DNA from: Mytilus californianus | Taxonomy: Eukaryota | Direction: 5' to 3' | NCBI RefSeq assembly: GCF_021869535.1 | Contig: NW_026262679.1 | Coordinates: 93,558,001-93,622,000 of the forward strand | DNA: 64,000 bases | Shown: piece by piece, positions 24,327 to 37,089 of the stretch | How positions within the stretch are numbered: the stretch's first letter is position 1 | Layout of the letters: each line of letters starts with the position of its first letter | The notes under the pieces: model-generated | Seen by the model: only the letters and a program-made list of their open reading frames with translations | Told to the model about the DNA's origin: nothing | Databases searched by the model: none | Position numbers and translations under genes: made by a program

Positions 24327-24778
24327 TTTTAATGCATTTCTTATGGGAAAAATAAAAATAATCGTGGGGTTCACTGCGGCTTTCCATAAGAAACAAATCT
24401 CCCGCCAGCCCTTAAAAGTTAAAGCAATATGTACTTGCCAATTTTAATTTTTGTGAGTTCGAAATCAGTAGCGACAGATCATTTTACCTAAAGGGGTGTT
24501 TACCCGAGGTCAGAAATTTTGGAGTTGACAATGCAGAGTTGACTTATTACGTAATATGATGAAATCCAGCTAGCGGGCGGGTGGACGTGCAGGCAAGCGG
24601 TAGAAGAGGGGAACCGTTTTGAGTAATAAACTCCTAACCTATGAGCTTTTAAGGTTTGCACAATGTATGTATATACATAGAAAATGTGCAACTCTTTTTA
24701 TGGATTCATTTTGAATAATGTTTGCTGTTTTTTTTTTTTCAGAGGTTGAAACTTTGTGATTTTTTTGCAATTGTACAT

Positions 24779-24932
24779 GAGGGTGTGGATTGGGGTTTGC
24801 AGCATAGAGAATAATGGGCAAAAAAAGAGGTGCTAAATTATAAAGAATAGAGAAAAATAGAGAAAAATTATAAAGAATATAGAAAAATGGTCTAAAAAAT
24901 TAAAGAAATAGAGACCCCCCTTCAAGACCCTC
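24779..24932. repeat. MITE-like repeat (same family as 51-245)
   Basis: GAGGGTGTGGATTGGGG...CCCCCCTTCAAGACCCTC imperfect inverted ends around an AGAATAGAGAAAAA-rich body. Confidence 0.65.
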
Positions 24933-26752
24933 GTTAATATGACCAACATGCCCTGCTAGCCCTTATTAGACCTTGGAAATGATTTTATACATAATAATCT
25001 GTTAATACTTACTCAAGAATGGTGTATTTCCCTTGTACCACTTTCATGTAAAATGTGACTTGTTCGACATAACGAAATAAGGATATTTGGAAACAGATAT
25101 TCTATACATATGCATGCAAAGTTTCAAAACATTTCGCATTGTAATTTCTGAGGTATGAAATTGTTTTACCCGTTTGACCAGCCTCTTAAACAGTCAGAAA
25201 AGTACTCACTGTCATATACCCTCTAATTAATGCATGTAAAATGCATATATGTGACTCGTTTTTTGCCGGTTTGACATCCTATATACATATTTCTGCATAT
25301 TTCTCTTTGAAGTTTCTGTTCATGCTGCGAGTGCACAAATAGATGCTTAGATACCGATTCTTTGTGAAATCTATGCACTAAATACTTCTTGATCGACAAT
25401 AGAAAATTGGCGACAACTACGTGGAGGGTGGCATAATATGCCCACAGCGTTAGCGGCAATTAACAGCAATTTTCGCGCAATTTACAGACCACACACGGAG
25501 CCTTGGGCACAATTTAACTCTAAATACCGGCATTCCATACTTACGCAGTTTTTTTTGCGGACAAAAGGAATCATATAAGATTCACACGCAGTAGTTTCCT
25601 GGGACAACGGGATGATGGACAACAGTTTAATCTACTGCATTCAATTAGCCATGTATAGAATTAGATTTCCCCAAGGATTTTGTCATTTTAGGGAAAAAAA
25701 ACATATACCGCATGTCGTTCTCCGCTCGTTACCCTCTATAGGCGTCTTAAACTTAGACCTACATGTAGACTAAGAGCAGAAAGAATATAATGTAAAAAAT
25801 GAACGTGTGATTATCGTTCGGGTGTCTGGTATACATGTATGAGGAACACGCCATTAGGCGCTTAAAAACTTTCACAGTTAATGGAAGCGTATGGAGACAT
25901 CCAAAAAAAAAATCAACCAGACAGTTAAACTTTGTGCAGGTTTAGTAGAGATTGCTTGATAGTTGTTTTATTTCGTCCAGTGACAAATATTTTATACATT
26001 TTCAGGACGAGGTTCAATATAATGGAGTGACAAACTGATATGTTCGAATAACAGTAATATATTGATAAACAAAAATCAGCTGTCTTATTTTGTGATTTTT
26101 TTTTAAATCTAGAAGTGGATAATTGAAAAACCATCAAACCCCTCCCCCGCATACACTTACACTTCTCCCGTCCTATAATAACAAATAATAATATCAGAAA
26201 ATTATTATTCTAAATTTATTTAATTTTAAATGAATCAAAAATTATGTAGGATACCTGGCTGACAACACGCATATTGAATTTTACCGGCTTTAATCGATAA
26301 TAAAATTGAGAATGAAAATGGGGAATATGTCAAAGAGACAACAACACAACCAAAAATCAGATAGTCAATGTTTTGAAACAGTCCCCAAATTTAAAGTATA
26401 ATTTGGCAACCTCAGCGTCGAGATATACCTTTTCGTAACACGTGTAATAGAGGTTCCCGATTTGCTACCGTACCAATCATAGTACAAACTGGGAGCCGTC
26501 ATTGAACTTTAAAAAATAATTCATATATGCCCTTAATGTCAACGTATACTTTATGAATCATTACCAAAGTATTTGGATGATTTTTAGCTACAACTAGGTA
26601 TAAATTCCATGTGGATATAATCCGTATTCATAACAAACGATATTTTGTGTATTCGATTATGCTCTCAACTAACTGTTGCAAGTAACCGTTGCACAATGGT
26701 TTATAATTAAGATTTATTTCCCCTGAAATTGAACAGACAAAAAGAAGCTAAA

Positions 26753-27862
26753 TATTAAAAGTCAATTGTTCATGAACAATTGAAAGGTCTTTCCTTTTTC
26801 CTTTTATTGATAGCCTTCTTAGATGAAAAATATATGGTTGTTAAGGACTTTTATGTTCATAACAAGTGGTTGCTAAGGACAAAAATCATTCCTAAGGATA
26901 AAAATATTACTTCCAGTATTAAAAATGTCATATGTACTATTCATAGCCTTTAAAGTTAAAAAAATAAGTGATTGCTAAGGACTTATATGTCGTTGCGAGG
27001 GACAAAAATGTCATTTCCAGTATTAAAAAATTCAAATTTATATTATTCATAGCCTTCTAAGTTCAAAAATATATGGTTGCGAAGGTTTTTTAATACGTTG
27101 CTAGGGACCTTGACCTCTGACCTTGACCAAACTTTGTAGATCATATTTTGCTGAACATTTTTGCAATTCAAAGTTTCTTTCTATCTCTAACCTATTTTGA
27201 GTTATAAGCAAAAAATCTTCATTTCGGACCCGAAAAACAGTTTTGGTGCCCTAGGTCCATAATAGTTGGTCTTATAATTTTGGACCCATGCATTACAAAT
27301 GTAGATCTCGACAAGACACACATTTTCTCTATTACATTTTATCAGCCATCTTTTACGATTATTTAGTAAATCCGATAAAAAGCTAAGGTCAAAATCTAGG
27401 TCATGACCTTGACATTTGACCTTGAAACATTTTCATAGTCACATGAATTGATGATCATTGGTGAAGATCCTAGGTGGCTACAACTTACGGTTTCTGAGAT
27501 TTAGTGGCCAACCGACATCGATTAATTTTCAAAGGGGCATAACTCTACCAATGAGTCGTTGAATCTTTCCGATCCAAATGTAACGAAGAACCAGGGTCTG
27601 GTCCTGAACAAATTTCACCCTTCAGTTTTTTTCTACCTATTATGGTTACGGTGTTAGGGGAGATAACCGCTATAAAGGAAATGTAACGGGGTGGTGCCCT
27701 AACCACAAGATAGCTTTTGGTCAACCGATACTTGATACCTAATATCATTTTAACATGTCGCGTACTTTTTTTGGGAAATGTTAAAGTTTGGCGGAAAGAA
27801 TACTAATAATAAAAGAAATACAGTAAGGTCTTTCCTTATAGAAAAAGGAAAGACCTAAATAA
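26753..27862 (-). mobile_element. HINE E: inverted copy of D, with its 5' hairpin
   Basis: Reverse-complement colinear with 23241-24326; hairpin AGGTCTTTCC..GGAAAGACCT at 27826-27856. Confidence 0.85.
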
Positions 27863-27864
27863 TA

Positions 27865-29157
27865 ATTAAAATGTCACCTGTTCTTGAACAATTGAGAGGT
27901 CTTTCCTTTTCGTAATGTAAAATATATGTTTCAATAGGCGAAGAATACATTGAAAAGCTCAAAAACACACATAAAACCCTTAAAATATGACAAAAAACAC
28001 ATATATTCCGCTATTTGCGAAATGACCTTGACTTTTGACCTTTTGACCTTTGTCAAGGTCATTAGTCCACAATGTCATTGGAAAAGACCCCATGGGTCTA
28101 GACCCTTTGGTTCAAGTGTTAAGGCTAATTTTGTCTTTTCAGAAACAGTTAACAGGGGTTATGCCCCTTACGGATAGGTCAAATCTCTTCAGTCAAAATG
28201 TAAAAAAGTTGCGGCATTATGACTCAAAAATTTTTCACTATTTACAATTTCTGTAAGATTAACCGTTTTGGAGATATTCCATAAAAGTTGTAATGTCAAA
28301 GGTTAAGGTCAACCTTAAAAAGCTTTAAAACACACTAAAAATCCTTAAAATAAGGTCAAAAACACATAATTCGCTATCTGGGACATGACTTTGACATTGT
28401 GACCTTTGTCAAGGTCATTGGTCCCAAATGTCATTGCTGAAGACCCCATGAATCTAGGAGATTTTGGTTATATAGTAAAAGCTGATTTTGTCTTTTCAGA
28501 AACCTAAAACAGGGGTTATGCCCCTTACAGAAAGGTCAAATCTCTTCGGTCAAAATGTAACAAAGTTGCTCCTTAATGACCCAAACATTTTCCACTATTC
28601 AAAACTTCTGTAAGTATAATGGTTTCTGAGATTATCCCATAACAAGGTCAAAGGTCAAAGGTCAAGGTCAACATACAAATTTGACCTTAAGGCATTTTCA
28701 AAGTCACATAAATTGATGATCATTGGTGAAGAACCTAGGTGGCTACATCTTACGGTTTCTGAGTTTTAGTGGCCAAACGATATCGGTTAATTTTCATAGG
28801 GGCAAAACCCTACCAATGAGTCGTTGAATCTTTTCGATCCAAATGTACCGAAGAACCAGGGTCTGGTCTTGAACAAATTTCACCCTTCGTTTTTTTGTAC
28901 CTATTAAGGTTACGGTGTTTGAATGATAACAAAGTTTTTATGTTTCGGATGGATAACTCCGGACCGACAAAATTTTACGACTCACAGGGTGAGTTCCGGA
29001 TAGGAATTTGTGACACTGATACAAAGTGTGAACCTGAAAGCGACATGGCTTACGGTTACGGAGGGAAATTTTGTCAAAGTTTGGCGGAACAAAAAGAATA
29101 ATAATCAGAAGAAATACAGTAAGGTCTTTCCCTTTTGGAAAAGGAAAGACCTTAATA
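27865..29157 (-). mobile_element. HINE F with two ~360-bp internal units
   Basis: 3' subTIR and degenerate palindrome at 27875-27907; internal direct units ~27960-28320 and ~28330-28690; 28700-28930 is shared with E (27430-27660); 5' hairpin at 29121-29153. Confidence 0.8.
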
Positions 29158-29357
29158 ATTAAAAACCATTTGTTCAGAGAACAATTGAAGGTCTTTCCAC
29201 CTTAGTCAGGTTAAAAAAATTAGATGAAAAAGTAGCTCTGGTGTCAATAGATTACATTTTAAACTGAAATAAGGGGAGTAAAATGCCAACAGTTACATAT
29301 ATTTCTATCTACAGAAAGGGTCTTTAATTTCAGATATCAGTGTTTATTTTTTGGAAT

Positions 29358-29463
29358 AGTGTATTTCAACCATAGATATTAAAATCCACATCAATAAAAG
29401 TATGATATCTGAATACCATACCTTTCTTTATGTGGATTTTAGTATCTATGGTTGAAATGCACT
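29358..29463. repeat. Long hairpin with 34-bp arms in the Helentron 3' region
   Basis: AGTGTATTTCAACCATAGATATTAAAATCCACAT (29358-29391) pairs with ATGTGGATTTTAGTATCTATGGTTGAAATGCACT (29430-29463); the two substitutions would form G-T wobble pairs. Confidence 0.85.
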
Positions 29464-30431
29464 GTTCAATAAAGTTATCTGATATTTGTGAATCCAAAAA
29501 CTCACTTCTGATATTTTAAGAAAGGTTTTTTTAACACTTATTCTGGAGATGGTCAATATGAAATATTCTAGGTAATTGGGTATTCCCGGTGTCATGATTA
29601 AGCTAAGTTAAGTTATTTGTCAAACTAAGTTTAAATTAATTTTACCAGGAAATTAAGCCCTAGTGCCTCATTTTTTTTCTGAAATTAATATGAATAAAAA
29701 ATTTGTTGAGCATAATCAAAATTTATTACTTACTACAACTAACAGAAGCCTTTGATACAAACACCAGTGTCAAATCTTCATTTTTTGCTGATTAATTATT
29801 ATCAACTATTTCACCTCATGGCATTTGCTATTTTATATATAAAACAATGCACAAGAGCTAAAACAATTGAGTTCCAAATCCATCTTCTTACTGCTGAGGA
29901 AATCGTTTTTCATTCTGAAAGAAAAAAATGAGACTTGCTTTATATGAAATTCGTTGAGTGGTCTATTTTTTAAAATGACATGATGATGCATCATATTATA
30001 ATTTCTGGTAGACTGGAGTAATTTTTGAATTCTAAAATTTTAGTCTTTGATTGTAAAGGTCAGACAAAAACACAGAATAATGACAAAGGCATTCAATACG
30101 AGTTTACTTTATTAAAAAACTAAAATCTTTATTAATGTCGGTTAGAAATATCTTGATTGATCGTTTTTTGCTGAACATCTTTCATGTATATTCAGCAGGA
30201 TTAAACACCATGATCACTAGATCATTTATGGTGTTTGTTGCCAGGGCCCTGTCTGTTATCAGCACTAAATCATGTGTTAGTGCTGATATCCGCCTCCTAC
30301 GACGGGGACGAAGGGTTGGACTTTAGGAGGCATAATTTTTATATTTTTGTAATGTCTGAAATCAAAATTAAAATTTATATTTGTTAAACAGCTTCATATT
30401 TATAGCTCTGTTGGTTCTACAACTTTTTTCA

Positions 30432-31364
30432 TTACTTGTTTTTGTCGCATTGTATTACTATTTTCAGTGCCTCATGGTAGCTGTAATATGTGAGATTAAT
30501 TGCAACCTCTTTTTCAGGACATCCTTTGACATATACATGATCAATAAGTGTACCACCCTCTGTTGTTGGACTACTGACAAGCTGTCTGAAACCTCTCAAT
30601 TGCATAAAATTTAAAACTGTACAACCCCCTTTCAAAATATCTTGATTAAAATCACCAATGACAACTATTTTTTCTGATAATTCTTCCATCTTAGAGATTA
30701 ATGTCTCCAAATTCTCCAAAAATTTTCCAAAATTATACTTCTGAGTTCTGTATATTGTAGCAACTAAAATAGTTCTTGTTGTTATCTTGAAAACTATACA
30801 TTCCAAATTTGAAGTCAATTTGCATAGTTCTGTCTCTGAAGAAAGCTTGTAAAATACACACACACCACCATGCTGCATTTCCTTTAAAGATAAATATAAT
30901 GAATTGTCGTTATCAAAAGCTAGAGATCTTGTCAAATGAAAACCATCATATCCCATCATTTCAAAGCAATTGAATTCCTGATTAGCCCAGTTTTCAGCAA
31001 GACAAATGTAATCAGCGATTCTAAAGTCTGGATTTTGTTTCAAGTCTTCTGCATGAGTCTGTAAACCTTGAATGTTGTGATACATAATCTGAAGAGTATT
31101 TGCTTGTTCCTCACTTGAATCCTCAACTTCAGGCAAAAATCTTGTCATTTCTGTAACACCCTTTACAATATCAGGATCACAGAAGATTTTCTTGTCAAAT
31201 TCTTCAGCCTCTATGCTTTTAATGTGTAGACCAGATTTTGAGATTACACTACTAAGGGCTACATATGCTTGACCATATGTGAAACATTTGTTCAGATCAA
31301 CAACACATTCTTCAACTGTCAAACCTTGAACTTTGTGAATAGTGCAAGCCCACGCTAATTTCAA
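30432..31364 (-). pseudogene. Helentron helicase motifs V-VI plus C-terminal AP-like (EEP) endonuclease
   Basis: [24 protein letters not shown], then [49 protein letters not shown]. The helicase ALSR Arg appears replaced by Ser and the SDH Asp by Tyr. Confidence 0.92.
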
Positions 31365-32765
31365 TGGAAACTGTTTTCGTACGTAGTTGCTTAAATGAAT
31401 GTCTTGAAGGTTTCAATCCGACACAGCGTTTTCCACTGATTATTTTTTGTAAATTATAATTATTCCCAACTCTTTCATTGTCAAAATTAACATATATGGT
31501 ACTAGGGAGGGCATTAGGTGAGTAGTCTCTGATAGATATTACTGTTCCCATTACACCATTAACCAAACCATCTGCCGTGTCCTCATTTTTGATAAGCATT
31601 ACCCTTGCTCCCTCAGCTAAAAGAATAGATATTGGAAGACAAACATCTGACTTTGTACAATGAATTTTTTTGCGAGTCAATTTCCCAGAAGTTTTGTTTT
31701 TTTCGTAGTCTTCTGCTTCAATTAGTTTTGGTTCTGTACATAGTTTTATTATCATTTCCTTGTTAAAGGTATCAACCTCTGCATTTGTAGAGTATATGTG
31801 CAAAGCTTTATCAGGTCCATCACCAAAGCATTGTTTTAAAGATTCTTTATCAGAGTATGACAGACTTTCATTTTTCTGTTTCACACGCAGTCTATTTAAT
31901 AGTTCTGCAAACAAGCCATCCTCATGTTGACGCATAATTTCATCCAGCTCAGCAATTTCAAACAAACCATTCCATAGTAGATTTGAAGGATTAGCGGGAT
32001 CATCTACATACAATTTGTCTACCCTTTTTGTTCTTACAGTTGGTAACTGATTAAAATCGCCAACAGCATTTACTGAAACACCTCCAAATAAACAATTGTC
32101 TGGTCTTTTTTCACTTGTCTAAGTCGCTCATGAATGAAAAACAATAATTTCTTGTTGACCATAGAAATTTCATCAAAATCAAGATTTGCAAATTTTCTAA
32201 CTTACCTCTGAGTGAATTTATTTCGTCTTCACCTAAAGTTGCATGATCAGGTGATAGTGATTTGAAAATTCCAAGATCACTGTGAATGGTCAATCCATGG
32301 ATGATAAATGCAGCTGTTCTAGTTGGAGCTTTTAACAAAACTGTGAGATCATCTGGATTATCTGAAGTTTGTGCTAATATTCGAGTTGCTTCATATTGAA
32401 TACACTTAATCAAGTGACTTTTACCTGTTCCGGCTCCTCCTGTGATGAATAAATGTAAAGTCCCTGATGTTTTTCCATTTGCTTTCTGTATGCACCAATC
32501 TCTTACTTTATAGAGAATTCTTCTTTGTTTCACATTCAAACTTCTGAGTCTTGGAATAATTTCATTTTTTTGTGAGGGAAACTGATAGATTAGTTCCAAC
32601 AGATGATAAGCTCTTTTCATTATTCAAATCTGGTATTGCTGATTCTGACAAATCTTCTTCAATTACACTTGTTACTTTCCCTTCATCTATACATTCTCTT
32701 CTGTTTACTTCTGCTTCTGGACATAACTCACACCATGCATCTTCTTTTGGATCTTTTTCATGCAA
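31312..32765 (-). pseudogene. PIF1-family SF1B helicase (frameshifted)
   Basis: LFITGGAGTGKSHLI (Walker A), ILI(D)EISMV broken by a frameshift, FGGVSV.AVGDFNQLP, LDEIMRQ, GARVMLIKNEDTADGLVNGVMGTV. Confidence 0.92.
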
Positions 32766-32835
32766 TTGTTTTTCTGCTCTCTCTTAATCTTGTCCATTTT
32801 TTACATAATCTGACATGTTTTTGGTAACAACTTGT

Positions 32836-34430
32836 TTAACTGAACTCTGGAAACTTAACTCTACCACAAGTAAAGAAATTTTCATATGTATCAAATAGTG
32901 GTGGTTTTAACTGTTCATTACATCTGTATGGTAAAAAGAGTTGCAAAATGCTTTGAGAGTATTTCTCTGGGGAAGTTTCCTGTGAGAAACGTGGATATTT
33001 GATAACTGCAGGTGAGGTCCGTGTGCGCTTTCGGATATATCCAAGATTGCCTTCAAGTTTGAAGGTTGTTTCTTCATTGATTTTCTGGGGTAACTGTGAT
33101 TCTCGTAAAACACTGTATTCAGAACCGAACCTTGCAAGACACATTTTGAAAAAAATATCAATGTTTGGTCTACCTTTATATCTATCAACTATATTATTCA
33201 TCCAAATACTATTCTCATCTTCATCTTCACTGTCACTATTACTCTTTTTTCTTTTAGAAGACTTGTTACTTTGTTGTTTCTCCAGGTCTTTCAAAGGAAT
33301 ACTCATTCTACATGGATTTTCACCAACAGGTATAAATTCTACTTTCCTAGAACATTCTCTTTATCGCAATCCAGTTACTCTAAACACAGCTTCCTGTGCA
33401 CTAATCTACCTATGGTGTTAGTATGAAGTTCCAATTTTTTTCATAGTCTGTTGTGCATTTAAATTTCCTTCTTCAGCTTCATTTTTGGTGTGCTGTAGTA
33501 GTAATCCTTGCTCTCGCTCAGATTTACTTATGTAACTGATAATGTATACAACACAGGAAAATGCATCCAAAATATATTGTATGTCCATGTTAGCATTCCA
33601 AGCCCTTAAAAGATGTGGATTATACTGATTGGTGTATATTTCATTTGCCTCACGTTTAAGAACGACTGTGTTTCGATTGGTGATGAAACAAAAATATTTC
33701 TCAAAGCTTTCTTGGGTTAGACCTGCCTTCTTGAAAATTTCAGATACATCTAAGTTTTCATCTTCATGCTCTTTTATAACTTTCCATAAGGCTGATAATA
33801 TTTCCTTTGCTACTTCTTCATCTTCTTTTGAATCCTTATCTGGATCACTTGGTTCTGAGATGAATGTTCTAGTTGAGGGAGGTCTTGGGAAATTAAAACG
33901 ACATACTGTTCCTTTTTTTTTCACAAGTTTTTGAATGATTTTTGCTATGTTGGTGTACTGCCATAACAATGTCATGCAACTCTTTGTCTTCCGTTTCATC
34001 TGGTATCTCACATGTAATGTACTTGTCAATAAAGCTTTCTACTTCTTCATTATCATCCTCGCCAAATTTTGGAGCATTTTCTACCCAAAATAAACAATGA
34101 GTGTGAGGAGAACCCCTTAGTTGAAATTCCACTCTGTAAAAATAATCGTTTATTTTCCCTATTGGTGCAACTTCTCACATGATAACATTCTTCAGAAATG
34201 TATGGAATCTATGATCAAAAATTCTTGCTGCTGTAACTGGATTGCTACAAAGAACTTTACATTTTTCATCCCATGTCATATTTTCACTACTTCTCATGTC
34301 ACCCTGCTGTTTTAATATTGTGTTTACAATTTCTGACCATCTGAAGTCTGCAGAAGAAAAAGAACAGAAGAATGTGGGGACTCCTGTCTTATCATAGCAA
34401 ATATTTTTTTTTGTGAACTTTGCCAATATG
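32836..34430 (-). pseudogene. Helitron Rep (HUH/Y2 replication initiator) region
   Basis: [32 protein letters not shown] (HUH), [61 protein letters not shown]. Confidence 0.92.
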
Positions 34431-34559
34431 GGGTGTTCCTCGAATAGGTTTTAAATATTTGATAGCTTCATCTTTTTTAAACAATTCTTTCAAGGTTTCC
34501 TTGTTGCACAGCATTTCTCTAGGAACTTTCTTTCCATCTTTTGAAAAAGGACACTCTTT

Positions 34560-36090
34560 TCAGAGAGATATCTGTACATTTGAAATCACACTATTGAGCT
34601 CCGTTAAATATTGACTGAAAAATATGTAGGATGTATCTCTTGCAAATCTATTTTCAACACTCATCAATCGAAGGTTTAAGTACCTTCGAATAGTCAGTTT
34701 TTCATCACGGTCTTCATCAAAAGTATTTTTGCCAGATGGAAAGTGTACAGAAAAGGTTTTTGCTTCAATTCCTGGTTCTTGGAGAACACTAAGATGACTG
34801 TTATTTTCTGCTGACGCTATATTAAATACACGGTCAAAGCATAAATCTAAGGCCTCCTGTCCAATATCAGCAGGTTGTAAACAAGTATCTAACTGAACGC
34901 CATGTAATCTATCATCAATGTAGCGAACAGGTTCACTTTCAATTTCTCTTTCACTTCCTTTTGTAGAAGACTTGTTTTCCTTTAATATTTCTAACTCTTC
35001 TTCCTTTTTTCTGTTATTCCTCACATGATCAGGATCATCAGAATCAGATTCACCATGAACCACTTGATCATCATTAGATCCAGGAATTGGATTAATCCAT
35101 TCATTGTTGATTGTTATATCTTTGTACCATATGTTTTGATCTTTTAAATACAAAAGAGCTTGCTCTAAATGATTTGGTCTAACAAACTGATATTTGTCAT
35201 ATCCATTGTAGCTGAGCTTTCTTTTTAGTTTCACCTTAATCAAAAGACTTTCATCTCCAGAATGTGGTAATGAAGAGGTTACTTTTTTCAAATCAGATGG
35301 GACACAAACTACAGGTGCATGAACACCTTTTTCGTCCCCCTTTCGGTAAAGCCATAATTTTCATAAATGAAATGTTTTGAGATATAAGTTGTTGCTCTAT
35401 TGAATTCAGCTGTTTTAATTCTAATGGAACATCTTCTAGTAAAAGGCTATTCGAAAATGAGTCTGCAGGTATGCTACCTTTCTGCATTTTACGATGACAA
35501 GTGTAGCAAATCCATAGACTTGTTCTACATGTTCCTTCAAAAGTACAATTTGTCTGACAATCATCTGTACATATGTGTTGATATTTATCTGTTGTGTATA
35601 AATCAAACATAGAGTTAGGGTATGAATCCTTTTTACAGATCAGAACTTGTTTTTCAAAGAACAACCTCAAGCAACAAGAACAAACATATTCTGGACCCTT
35701 TTTTACTTCATCTCTAATTTTTCTGATGACCTCCGGTATTTGCATGTTCTCTTCTATAAGAATTTCAGGGCGCATTGAATTTTAAATCTATGTGCATCAT
35801 CATCTGCATACTTGTGTATACTTGCTTGTTTCATCCTTTCTCTGTACTCATTGTCTTCTTGATATTTTAGAATTTCAGATTCTATCAAAGCATCTCTGTA
35901 ATCCTCATCGTCTTGATATTTCTGAATACCTGCTTGTTCCAAATTTACTCTGTATGTCTCATCTTCTTCATATTTTTTCATGCCTAAACATATTTTTTTG
36001 AAACGTATTCCATCATTTTCCCATTTTTTTCTTTTTAATGTGTTAGTCTTTCTAGCTCTAAATTCATCATCTATCCAGTACTTGATCCTT
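34560..36090 (-). pseudogene. Helitron pre-Rep region: charged KY(Q/E)DDEDYR-like repeats, Cys-rich zinc finger and conserved linker
   Basis: KYEEDETYR/KYQDDEDYR/KYQEDNEYR/KYADDDAHR repeats; GPEYVCSCCLRLFF..WICYTCHRK; LIKVKLKRKLSY..VRPNHLEQALLYLK..NIWY. Confidence 0.8.
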
Positions 36091-36289
36091 TCTTTTTTAC
36101 AGCTTTAGATAAACTTTTGATTCAGTATTACAGTCGTCCACATTGTAAGCTGAGCTAGTCATTTGGATTTCACCAACTTTCATTTTCTTTGTAGTTACCT
36201 CAGATTTCCTATCAACTTGATACTTTTCCCAATGAACTTGTCTACATTGTAATTGGTTTGGAGACAGAGACTTTTGAGTAACCCCTGTG

Positions 36290-36730
36290 ACAACTTCATA
36301 ATGATTTATATCTCCTTTATGTTGAAGATAAATTGCGCGTCTGGCGTAAATATAAAATTTCAATCCTGGTATCTATGATGAGTTTATTTGCATGGTCATT
36401 TACACTATTATTGCTGCATATTTGAGATGAAGAATATTCTATCCATGAACCATTATAAAAAGTGTAAATGTCTGTCTTAAGAAGGTCAGCAAAACCTATT
36501 ATTTCCAGTTCAGTTCCCCATACATTATTTTGGTTCATTTTCATTGTTTGTATATGCTGTTCTACTGTTGTAAATTGAGGCTGTAAAAACGACTTCAACA
36601 TTTCTGCATTCATCATTAAATGATCAACTATTGCCCTTCTTACATTTCCATAAATTCTTGTCTATTAGATAGTGCATATGAAATAGCTCGAAAAAGACAG
36701 TTGCCATCACCTGTGATAGTCTTTGTAGCA
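36290..36730 (-). pseudogene. OTU-family cysteine protease domain of the Helentron polyprotein
   Basis: TITGDGNCLFRAISYAL (catalytic Asp/Cys loop), WGTELEI, and IYLQH...NHYEVV (His loop), interrupted by a stop/frameshift and a 51-bp insertion. Confidence 0.88.
36337..36387 (+). mobile_element. 51-bp insertion derived from the 3' side of a hammerhead-bearing (Penelope/retrozyme) element
   Basis: GCGTCTGGCGTAAATATAAAATTTCAATCCTGGTATCTATGATGAGTTTAT, flanked by TTGC on both sides. It matches the reverse complement of 6690-6727. Removing it restores DHAIYLQH in one frame. Confidence 0.8.
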
Positions 36731-37089
36731 GATGGTAGTCCCATGTTATATATATTTGGTGTAATCTTTTTGGAAATGTTCTTGATTGGTATTTTAACAA
36801 TAGTACAGAGCTTTCTTTTTGAATCTGTATTCAAAGGTTTGAAATCATAAATATTATCAGTTGTCGATAAAATTTCAACATCAGATTCATTATCCATTAT
36901 ACCCTCATCAAAGTGTACTTCATTAGTTTTCTCAATGACATTACTTTCATTACTACAAATGTTAAACTTGAGTATTTCTGGTGATATGTGGTCACTCATA
37001 GTTAAATTTTCTCGAGTTTTGAGAACATCATGGCTATTTCTGTTTTCATTTTCTAGATTTTCAAAAAATTGAGAGTTGCTGGTGCTATC

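Noticed and set aside
32572-35785. Several plus-strand ORFs (e.g. 32999-33421, 33629-33934)
   Set aside because: Antisense shadows of the Helentron coding sequence.
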